NCBI RefSeq assembly: GCF_000243315.1
Contig: NZ_JH597761.1
Span: 1,048,256-1,072,255 of the forward strand
Length of the DNA: 24,000 nt
Reading direction: 5' to 3'
Origin: Metallosphaera yellowstonensis MK1
Lineage (GTDB): Archaea > Thermoproteota > Thermoprotei_A > Sulfolobales > Sulfolobaceae
Below the pieces are notes generated by a model. It saw only the letters and a program-made list of their open reading frames with translations. It made no database searches and had not been told where the DNA came from. A program made the position numbers and the translations under genes. Of the stretch, positions 16,999-24,000 are shown piece after piece (within the stretch, counting starts at the first letter, position 1; each line of letters opens with the position of its first letter).

Positions 16999-17784
16999 AT
17001 GTCTGATAACAAAATAACAAGGTTTTCAATTTTCGGGTTTAAGGGAGGAGTGGGTAAGTCTACCGTAGCCTACTTCCTAGCCAGGGATCTGGCCATGAGG
17101 CATAGAGTTCTCCTTGTGGATCGAGATTACACCAACACTATAGGTAAGATCTACGGTTTGGACACTGGAATAATCAACGTGCTGGCTGACGGTGTGGAGG
17201 GAAAGTTCTTGGCAAGGGATGGAAACCTGAAAGTACTATCCTTAATATCGTTTCAGCCCAGAACCCTTCCCGCATTGGAGGACTTCGCCCGTTCATATTC
17301 CCAGGTACTGGAAGATGTAGATGTGGTTGTCACTGACAATCCTCCCAACCTCGATGACATAACTAGGATAGAGGCGCAGGGGTATTATAGGGCTAGGGGC
17401 GAGTTCCACTGTAACGCAATAGTGGTAACTACTCCAGGTCTGGCCCTAAGGCTCACCTTGGAACACCTAAACGAGATATCCTCATCGCTTAGAAGCTGGG
17501 TTCCAGAGGCTACGTACACTAGATTGGTGGCATTCGTGGTCAACATGGCGAGAGAGAATGTAGACGTGGAAGTACCCAGGAAGGTCGTAATACCATTCTA
17601 CAGGGACATGTTATTCAAAGGATTTAGGGAGGTCCCTGAACCTAAGGAGATGGAGAAAGTGCTAGAGTATGCTGAGCAGGCAATAGCGGGGGGGGGTCCC
17701 TGTTCTATGATAAAACAAACGACAAACCTCGCCCCTTCTAGGAACGGGGTAAAGTTCTTGACTCAGACCTACTCTTACTTCTAA
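16999..17784 (+). CDS. ParA/MinD-like ATPase paralog with an aberrant C-terminal tail
   Basis: It has Walker A FGFKGGVGKST, VLLVDRD, VVVTDNPP and FVVNM. I prefer the ATG at 16999 (MSDNKITRFSIFGFKGG), with ATTTAAAG ~25 nt upstream, over 16960. The last ~30 codons run through a G9 tract (17688-17696) and direct repeat copy 2, so the native C-terminus appears replaced. Confidence 0.75.
   Translation: MSDNKITRFSIFGFKGGVGKSTVAYFLARDLAMRHRVLLVDRDYTNTIGKIYGLDTGIINVLADGVEGKFLARDGNLKVLSLISFQPRTLPALEDFARSYSQVLEDVDVVVTDNPPNLDDITRIEAQGYYRARGEFHCNAIVVTTPGLALRLTLEHLNEISSSLRSWVPEATYTRLVAFVVNMARENVDVEVPRKVVIPFYRDMLFKGFREVPEPKEMEKVLEYAEQAIAGGGPCSMIKQTTNLAPSRNGVKFLTQTYSYF
17704..17734 (+). repeat. Direct repeat copy 2 (matches 15985..16015)
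   Basis: It has the same 27-bp core. It lies inside the 3' end of the ParA-like ORF, directly after the G9 homopolymer. Confidence 0.9.
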
Positions 17785-17859
17785 GGTGCCCTCTCCTGGT
17801 CAACTTCCTGGGGATGAGGAGCGGGAGCCGACCTCTCATGCGATGCCAGAGGAGGGCGT

Positions 17860-18700
17860 CTAGAGGTTGAGTATAAGAAGAGGAGGGCAAACGTCGTACA
17901 TCTTGTACCAAGGTTTCAGGAGAGGAAACTCAGGAACAGCAGATATGGGATTTTTCGTTAGGTGTAGCCTTGAAGTCAAGGCGAAATCTGATAACTGCTG
18001 TCAGGAAGTTAGCCAACCTCTCTTCTAAGTTGTTCAACGAGTTGAACTACGAGAGGAGACAACAATTCTTCAAGCACCACGTGGACTTCGAAGCCACGTG
18101 GGACAGGTACTACGGGAAGTACAAGGAAGAACTGGGAGTTAACGCTCAAGCAGTTATGCAGAAGGACAACGAGGCCCGGTCGTCGTTCTTCACCCTTCTG
18201 AAGCTGAGGAGAGAAGGGAGTTTGCCACCCCACATCAAACACGTCGCCCCACCCAAGTAATGGAAGGATAGGGACGAGAAGGGGAGGAAGTTACTACTCG
18301 TGGTGAGGCAGGACAGGAAGGTCGTGGACGAGCAGGACCAGCTGGTCCTGAAGGACTTCGACGTGGATGTCGAGTTCGCTGGGAGGTTGAGGTGGTACGG
18401 GAAACAGGGGAGGCTAGAGATACACTACGACGACGTGGAGAACGCCTGATACGCCTCTATCCCAGTCGAGGTAGGTGTAGAGACGACGAGGAAGGGCAAC
18501 AGGTCGAAACACATTGTGAAGGGTGAGAGGAAGAGTATATGGATCGAATCACCCAAGGGGAATAAGGTCGCGTCCATCGTTGGGAATAAACGTGTTGGCG
18601 AGCGTTGAGGTAGACGACACCTGGATCTTGTACAGGGGCATAAGGACAAAGGAGGGCGGTAAACCACAAACCTGTGATCCGGCCTGATGGAACCCTCATC
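17860..18700 (+). pseudogene. TnpB (IS200/IS605 OrfB) N-terminal relic with in-frame stops and frameshifts
   Basis: The pieces read LANLSSKLFNELNYERRQQFF...NAQAVMQKDNEARSSFFTLLKLRREGSLPPHIKHVAPPK*, then WKDRDEKGRKLLLVVRQD...GRLRWYGKQGRLEIHYDDVENA*, then YASIPVEVGVE...GNKVASI(V). This follows the usual TnpB N-terminal layout (sFf..lk...lPp.yk; kWya.ipve; g..vgIDlG) but is broken at the RuvC-I region. GC is elevated. Confidence 0.6.
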
Positions 18701-18780
18701 CTCAGGACGGGGAGGAGGTCAGTTTTGGCCCCATAACTGCCCATTACTAATAATGTTGCTTTCCTTGAAAACTGCAGAAA

Positions 18781-19608
18781 ATGAAAGGAAAAGTTTATTT
18801 TTCAGATCTTAACTTTCCACTTGTGCGTATATCCATAGTGAGTACTAAGGGTGGTGTGGGAAAGTCTACTATAGCTATCTCCCTTTCTAGGGAGTTGGCG
18901 GATAGGGGTAAAAGGGTTCTGCTAGTGGACATGGACCTATCTGGGTTTTCCTCCCTCATTGCGGGAATAAGGGAACAGGGCCTGATCTCCTCAACAGTTG
19001 ACGGTAACGATTCAAATTACCTAAGGGAAGTACACACTGGCAATGGAACGTTCACAGTACTCAAATTTTGCGGTGATGGACCTAGATTAAGGAGGGATCT
19101 TGAAGTAATTAGGGACAACGAATTCCTAAGAGAAGAGGTCATCGAGGCCTACTCCTCAATAATTTCCAGGGGTTATGACTTCGTAATCTTAGACAACAGG
19201 CCCTTAGCTAACCCTCAGGAGGAAGAAGCTGGGATCGAGTGGGAAGCTTTTAGGGACACGAAACAGGAAGAGAGCTATAGGATATACGTCACTGATGCCT
19301 CTGAGTTCGATATAGAGGACACGATCAGGTATCACGAGTGGCTTGACAAGGATCCACGCGATAATACGTTCCCTCTGACCCTTGTGATCAACATGATACC
19401 TGGCAAGGAGAGGATAGAAGAGATGAGAAGTAAGATTAAAGATGTAATGAAGCGAATGAGCGTAAGGATAGGAGTGCTCATACCCTTCATTGAAGAACTG
19501 TTCGAATATTCAGGTTCACTTGACGGTATGCCCAGATTGGAACAAGTAGGAAAGTTGGCTCAAAGGTTGCTTGACAGTAGCCTGGAGGATTACATCGTAA
19601 TCGAGTGA
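18781..19608 (+). CDS. ParA/MinD-like ATPase paralog (orphan, no partner gene)
   Basis: It has Walker A STKGGVGKST, VLLVDMD, FVILDNRP, LVINMIPG and the C-terminal IPFIEELFEYS motif shared with 2..274. The start may instead be the GTG at ~18823 (MRISIVSTKGG). Confidence 0.8.
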   Translation: MKGKVYFSDLNFPLVRISIVSTKGGVGKSTIAISLSRELADRGKRVLLVDMDLSGFSSLIAGIREQGLISSTVDGNDSNYLREVHTGNGTFTVLKFCGDGPRLRRDLEVIRDNEFLREEVIEAYSSIISRGYDFVILDNRPLANPQEEEAGIEWEAFRDTKQEESYRIYVTDASEFDIEDTIRYHEWLDKDPRDNTFPLTLVINMIPGKERIEEMRSKIKDVMKRMSVRIGVLIPFIEELFEYSGSLDGMPRLEQVGKLAQRLLDSSLEDYIVIE

Positions 19609-20153
19609 TTCGTATCCGTTATAGAAGAGGAGTTTAAAGGGGGCTGAAAATCTCGCCCTTAGGCGGGGATGGAAAGCCCCCAACATTTAAATATAACTTG
19701 GATTTTTCATTGGCAATCGCGGATAGGGTGAGAGTCACCTAGACACTTGAGCTAGAGTCAACGACGTACGCCTCTGCCCCACCAGACGGCCCTTCCCCTG
19801 ATCGACTTCCTGGGGATAACGTAGCTCGTGCTAACTGTTGCCACCAACTACAATCTATCGACCTGTTTCCTTATTGTTAGGAATATTACAACATTCCTTT
19901 TCTTATTAATATTATAATATATATTTAATTAATTCATGCAAAATTACAAAAAATTAAAAGAGTTATTACAATTCACGATGGAAACCTAAATGGACCGAAA
20001 CCTGAGCACATGATGAATAATCTAAACTGCCTTACTTAATTCTGACCTATTTTTCCGAGGAGGTGAGTTTGAATCTACCGTAAATGCCGAGATCCCCCCT
20101 CACAATATTTAACTAAAGATTATAACCAGCTAATGACGAGTGAAAGCAAGTTC

Positions 20154-20912
20154 TCAGAACGTGAGGAGATCGAGCCCAACTTTGTCCAGGGAGCTCATCC
20201 ATTGCAGGAACTTCTTGACGTTATCTCCCTGGAACACTGAACCGTGCTGCGGAGCTATGAAGTCTATTTGTAGGCCTCTTATCCTGTTCAACCAGAGCTC
20301 TATGGCCTTCCTGCTCGGTATGTACCTCCTATGGAAGGCCTCCATCAGTTTGGCGTGTTCTTCAAAGTCCTCGACGATCAGGTACCAGGTACCTTTAGGG
20401 AATATGGCAGCTCCCATGTCGCCAGAGAAGTAACCCCTGGAGATGGGGTCATAGAAGTGAAAGTTCCCAGGAGAGTGAAGGAAGTGAGCTGGTATCGCCT
20501 CAATGAAACTCGACCCAAAGGGGATCCTCATCCCCATGTCGGGTATTTCGTTGATCTTCTCACTTACCTCCTGGCCGAGGTGTGGAAGGAATCTCTCCCA
20601 GAGCTCGGACACGTAGATCTGTGCGTTTGGGGCCACGTCGACCCATAGGTTGAGTGCACCTACTACGTCCGGGTCCTGATGGCTGAACAGTAGTAGCGAG
20701 ATGTTCTCAGGCTTCAAGAATTCCTGGACAGAGTTCAATACTCTTTCGAAGACGAAGTAACCTCCAGCGTCAAGTATCGCTCCCTTTTCTCCGTCCCTGA
20801 TTAGGTATTGGTTTGTGAGAACTCCCTTCTCTGCATCTGACTCATCAAGACCCAACCATATGAAGGAGTGATCTTTCTCTTCAAAGATTACATAAGGCTT
20901 ATGTACTTTCAT
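20154..20912 (-). CDS. Metallo-beta-lactamase-fold protein resembling the di-iron domain of flavodiiron/ODP proteins (no flavodoxin domain)
   Basis: It has NQYLIRDGEKGAILDAGG, then SHQDPDVVG (an H-x-D-x-D variant of HxExDH), then AHFLHSPGNFHFYD, SGDMG and APQHG as further ligand candidates. It is 252 aa. The start region overlaps the upstream gene's stop (ATGA at 20909-20912). Confidence 0.7.
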   Translation of the reverse strand: MKVHKPYVIFEEKDHSFIWLGLDESDAEKGVLTNQYLIRDGEKGAILDAGGYFVFERVLNSVQEFLKPENISLLLFSHQDPDVVGALNLWVDVAPNAQIYVSELWERFLPHLGQEVSEKINEIPDMGMRIPFGSSFIEAIPAHFLHSPGNFHFYDPISRGYFSGDMGAAIFPKGTWYLIVEDFEEHAKLMEAFHRRYIPSRKAIELWLNRIRGLQIDFIAPQHGSVFQGDNVKKFLQWMSSLDKVGLDLLTF

Positions 20913-21652
20913 GACGTCACCTCAAGTACTTTGGGACTTAGAGCCACGTAAACGTGGATCTTGAAACCACCCTTCAAGATGTTCAGTGATCCCTCCTCGA
21001 GAGACTCCCTTCCTTCCCTCACGACGTAGACCCCCTTCATCTCTCCTCCCACAAAGAGTAACCTAAAACTGCCTTCCCCGCTACCGGAGATATATATGAC
21101 GGGGTACTGCGAGTATTGGGATATGATTTCCTGTAAGTAGTCCACGAGCTCGCCTTCCTTAACATCTACCACCTCTGACTTCACCAGCTTGGACTTCATC
21201 AGTAGCTTTGTTATGAAGGAGACCTTAGAGAGGGACTGGGAGTAATCACCTCTGGTGCTGACTGAGGGGAGTTTCTCCACCTCCTTTCTTAAACCCTCCT
21301 GCAATTCCTTAGCAATGAGCTTTACGGCCTTGTTTACAACCCACTCCCTCTCACCGGAGTAACTCACAGAGATCGTCAATTCCCTCTCATTCCTCGAAGA
21401 GAATAAAATCACTAGGCTGTTCCCCCTTTGATCTGCTAACTTGTATTCCACCATCCTAGGTCCAAGGATGGCAGCGGAGACCTCGTAGGTAGATTCATGA
21501 GTTAGCATCACTCTTCTGAACCTCAGCTTAACTTTGTTTCCCTGTATGCTCACCACTCCAGGGAGGTGCGATATGACCACGTCCCTGTCCTTGGCAAGTC
21601 CTAGCAATCGATCTGCAGGGGATTCAGCGATTTCCACGGAAAATGATCCCAT
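20909..21652 (-). CDS. Hypothetical two-domain protein, co-transcribed with the MBL-fold gene
   Basis: 247-aa ORF with host-like codon usage, translationally coupled to the downstream gene. The N-terminal ~130 aa is vaguely SRPBCC/CoxG-like by pattern only. No firm family. Confidence 0.55.
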   Translation of the reverse strand: MGSFSVEIAESPADRLLGLAKDRDVVISHLPGVVSIQGNKVKLRFRRVMLTHESTYEVSAAILGPRMVEYKLADQRGNSLVILFSSRNERELTISVSYSGEREWVVNKAVKLIAKELQEGLRKEVEKLPSVSTRGDYSQSLSKVSFITKLLMKSKLVKSEVVDVKEGELVDYLQEIISQYSQYPVIYISGSGEGSFRLLFVGGEMKGVYVVREGRESLEEGSLNILKGGFKIHVYVALSPKVLEVTS

Positions 21653-21771
21653 TATCTTCCGTTCAAAGAAAGCGCCATTAAGTTTTGTTAATTAACGGAA
21701 ACCGTGTAGGACGTAAAACATTGTTAACGTAATTAGTCCAGCATAAATTAACCCAGTCTTACGACCAGGGT

Positions 21772-22439
21772 GGGCCTCATTGAATTTTCATGACTTTGTA
21801 TCCAATCCTCAGCCCTTGGGCTTCACAGGGGTCACGGGGAAACCCGTTACTCCGCCCCCTTAGCGGGGTAACCCCAACCCACCTACTCCCGGTGGGAGTG
21901 AGAAAGAGGTGGGGAAACCCGCACATCTTGAGGTAGATATTCAGTGATGCGTTAAGTTGCCTGTCCAGGGTGAACCCACACCTCTCACACTTGAAAGTCC
22001 TACCTTTCGGGATAAGCTATGGCTATTTTAGAAACCTCGTTATTGAGTATCATTCTAAGTAACTTGAGGGACCCTTCCTCTTCACGTTCAATGAAGATCC
22101 CACGTCGGTTATTACCTGGTAGTATTCCTTAACGTTCTCCTCGAGGTACTTAACTTGGTTCACTAGATCGTCCTTTCGTGTGTTTGATGATACCCTAGCG
22201 TATAATATTACTTTCCTCTTTCTAACAATACCCATTAACTTCTCTAGGTCCTTCTCCCTGAACCTCCACTTCCCAATCTCTAGTACAGGTTTAATGTAAC
22301 CCTTCTTAACATATTCCCTAACTGTAGCATAGGATATTCCTAAGCGTTGGCGGACTTCCTTAGGTCTTAGCATCATATAAGAGTTTATGATGAAATAATA
22401 TAAACTTTACGGTTTATCGGAAACTGTTGACGAGGCTTC
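21772..22439 (-). mobile_element. Second internal-deletion derivative of the same IS607-type element (retains resolvase N-terminus and TnpB C-terminus)
   Basis: Both ends match element A (494..820) in inverted orientation. The interior keeps 108 resolvase codons, then jumps into the TnpB zinc-ribbon/RuvC-III region (FKCERCGFTLDRQLNASLNIYLKMCGF...KVMKIQ*). Confidence 0.8.
22050..22376 (-). pseudogene. Truncated IS607-family serine recombinase (MerR-like HTH plus start of the resolvase catalytic domain)
   Basis: MMLRPKEVRQRLGISYATVREYVKKGYIKP is the HTH, ILYARVSSNTRKDDLVNQ is the catalytic Ser region, and ITDVGSSLNVKRKG follows. The ORF terminates about half-way through a normal ~200-aa enzyme. 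Confidence 0.8.
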
Positions 22440-22493
22440 CCTCCTACAGCTCTCGGCCTCGGTTGGCTCTGAGGAACTTTCCAGGGAGTGAGT

Positions 22494-23033
22494 TCAAGTT
22501 CCTCTCACTGGTATGGCCTCAAGCCTTACTATGGACTTGGCAAATATCCCCTTTACCAAACTGTTCCACAGACGCGAGGGTACCCTTTCCTTTCTGGACT
22601 CTTCGTCGTTCCCCACACCACCTATCTTTATCTTCATCTCTGTGGCTACCCTCCTAAGGCCGAAAACACACTCGGCGTAAACGGGACAGGCGGGGCATGA
22701 GTATTTATCTGAACCCATATCGATGAAGATTAAGTGATTGTTGGACGTGTATAGTATACCCACGTCCAGATCCAGTGAACTCTCCCTCGGAATGAAGGGA
22801 AGGACAGCCTTAAACGCTATGGCGTTATCCTCAACTAATCCCATCCTTTTGAGGTCCTCGAGGATATAATAGTAATAACTTTTACTCATGCCCAAGGTCT
22901 GCCTCCTATCTGTGGAGAGTACCTTCATGTAGTTCTCGGTGCCCAACCTGTTGAAGTTCTCCCTGCTTAGCATAACTATCTTCTCAGTTTTCTTTACTGG
23001 TCTATCTGTGTTCAATATCCGGTAGTCGCACAT
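22494..23033 (-). CDS. Putative winged-helix DNA-binding protein with a C-terminal Cys motif
   Basis: SKSYYYYILEDLKRMGLVE is wHTH-like, and a CPACPVYAEC cluster lies in the C-terminal half. I prefer the ATG at 23033 (MCDYRIL) with TTTTTAAAG ~27 nt upstream over the GTG at 23054. Confidence 0.5.
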   Translation of the reverse strand: MCDYRILNTDRPVKKTEKIVMLSRENFNRLGTENYMKVLSTDRRQTLGMSKSYYYYILEDLKRMGLVEDNAIAFKAVLPFIPRESSLDLDVGILYTSNNHLIFIDMGSDKYSCPACPVYAECVFGLRRVATEMKIKIGGVGNDEESRKERVPSRLWNSLVKGIFAKSIVRLEAIPVRGT

Positions 23034-23157
23034 TGTTATCGTGTAAAGTAACACTTTAAAAACATTAAAATGAATTTACATATCATTTCTTCTTAGGCAC
23101 TTTAACGGCCTTTACCCAACTGAGCTCCCATGAGCTTAGTGAGCGAGGCCAGGGTGT

Positions 23158-24000
23158 TTACCCGTGGCGTAACTTTTCCTTACTTTTAATTACTTCTAAT
23201 TCCACCACGGGCACCCCTCTTAAGGGATCATACAGGGTCACCCTTAACTCATTGGGGCTAGTCGAGGGAAACACCACTACCCTCCCATCCACCTTCCTTG
23301 CCAAGTTAAGGGGAGCAATAGAATCCCTCTCCAAAAGAACTTCACCGCTTTCCAGGTACCTAGCGTTCACCTTCAGTACTTTTACACCCCCACCCTCGTG
23401 AGCAGTGCCCGTCATCAGGTAGGGGTTTAAAACTTTGATAACTTTCTCAACTACCTGCTTTCTCTTCTTCAACTTCTCACCGTTAAATGGGTTGATGGAG
23501 GAAGTGTAGGACTCAGAGACCTCCGCGACGTCTATCGGCTGAGTTTTCAACATCTCCAGGAATTTAACAACACTCCACTGGTGAATCCTATGCCTAAGCT
23601 TAGCAGTCTTGTTACCCTCCATCTTCTCCTTAGACCTTGAGGAGAACTTACCAACAATAACCTTAGCCTTTAAATCCCTAGCTAACTCCACGACTCTCTT
23701 AACAGTCTTCCTCAACACGTCAATTTTCCTCTCCCTCTCCCTTAATTTCCTCAACTTCTTCTTAACCAGTTCGTCCTTAGTTGAATGCCCCTTAGTAATC
23801 TCTTCCCTCCTCAAGGAGTAGTTCATGACAACCCTCCCTAACCCAGTCTCATATCTTCTCAACTCCTTGAGTTTAAAACCCTCGAAGACTGCTAAAGTGA
23901 CGTTATTCTCATTAACGTCAATAGAGATATGATTGCCGTCTTTCGTTTCAACCTCAACCTCCTTCTCAAAAGTCAACCAAACTAGGACTTTCCTACCAAC
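23158..24000 (-). CDS. TnpB-like RuvC-fold protein, zinc-ribbon-less, 5' end beyond window; RuvC-II Glu apparently absent
   Basis: The frame stays open upstream of the annotated TTG (23976) to the window edge (VGRKVLVWLTFEKE...). RuvC-I-like is ISIDVNENNVTLAV. The expected xxxEDL position reads KVIVGKFS. It also has SESYTSS and RuvC-III-like ERDSIAPLNLA. There are no Cys pairs. Confidence 0.65.
   Translation of the reverse strand, partial: VGRKVLVWLTFEKEVEVETKDGNHISIDVNENNVTLAVFEGFKLKELRRYETGLGRVVMNYSLRREEITKGHSTKDELVKKKLRKLRERERKIDVLRKTVKRVVELARDLKAKVIVGKFSSRSKEKMEGNKTAKLRHRIHQWSVVKFLEMLKTQPIDVAEVSESYTSSINPFNGEKLKKRKQVVEKVIKVLNPYLMTGTAHEGGGVKVLKVNARYLESGEVLLERDSIAPLNLARKVDGRVVVFPSTSPNELRVTLYDPLRGVPVVELEVIKSKEKLRHG

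Noticed and set aside
17970-18744. ORFs 17970..18260, 18009..18242(-), 18425..18667(-) and 18457..18744(-) as independent genes
   Set aside because: The first is a fragment of the TnpB relic and is included in the pseudogene call. The others are antisense shadows.
19861-19975. AT-rich tract as a replication origin
   Set aside because: I recognise no origin recognition box-like repeats, and there is no adjacent cdc6/orc1 or whiP gene.
20140-20648. Plus-strand ORFs 20140..20433 and 20331..20648
   Set aside because: They are antisense to the well-supported MBL-fold gene.
22427-22700. Plus-strand ORFs 22427..22657 and 22488..22700, and 23609..23821
   Set aside because: They are antisense shadows of the wHTH gene and the TnpB-like gene, with Ser/Leu/Pro-rich composition.
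1-24000. CRISPR arrays, tRNA and rRNA genes
   Set aside because: I found no regularly spaced direct repeats and no cloverleaf-like or rRNA-like segments on manual reading. A tRNAscan or Infernal run would be needed to exclude small RNAs such as C/D box sRNAs.

Overview
Crenarchaeal, Sulfolobales-type chromosomal window. GC is roughly mid-40s % by eye, which is Metallosphaera-like, but that assignment is inference only. The core is a complete seven-gene archaellum operon in the Sulfolobales order, arlB-X-G-F-H-I-J (5020..11287, +). ArlI is near-colinear with characterised Sulfolobus FlaI. Divergent from arlB, across a ~700 bp intergenic region, lies a translationally coupled four-gene minus-strand operon (4321..1347). 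It encodes a sequon-rich C-terminally anchored protein, a 486-aa polytopic membrane protein, a deviant-Walker-A ParA/MinD ATPase and a tandem ribbon-helix-helix protein. I consider this the best candidate for an undescribed system. Three further divergent ParA/MinD-like paralogs occur in the window (2..274 partial, 16999..17784, 18781..19608), all without partner genes. The accessory parts are heavily scarred by mobile DNA. There are two inverted internal-deletion derivatives of one IS607-type element (494..820 + and 21772..22439 -) bracketing ~21 kb that includes the archaellum locus. There is also an AbrB-like small gene overlapping a frameshifted, zinc-ribbon-less TnpB-like gene directly downstream of arlJ. 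In addition there is a high-GC multiply frameshifted DDE transposase relic, a TnpB N-terminal relic, and a partial TnpB-like gene at the right edge that seems to lack the RuvC-II glutamate. Other genes are an AAA+ (COG1373-like) ATPase, an R2-like di-iron protein, an MBL-fold (flavodiiron/ODP-like) protein co-transcribed with an unknown 247-aa protein, and a wHTH/Cys-motif protein. I saw no rRNA, tRNA or CRISPR array. All homology statements come from motif recognition by eye, not database searches.
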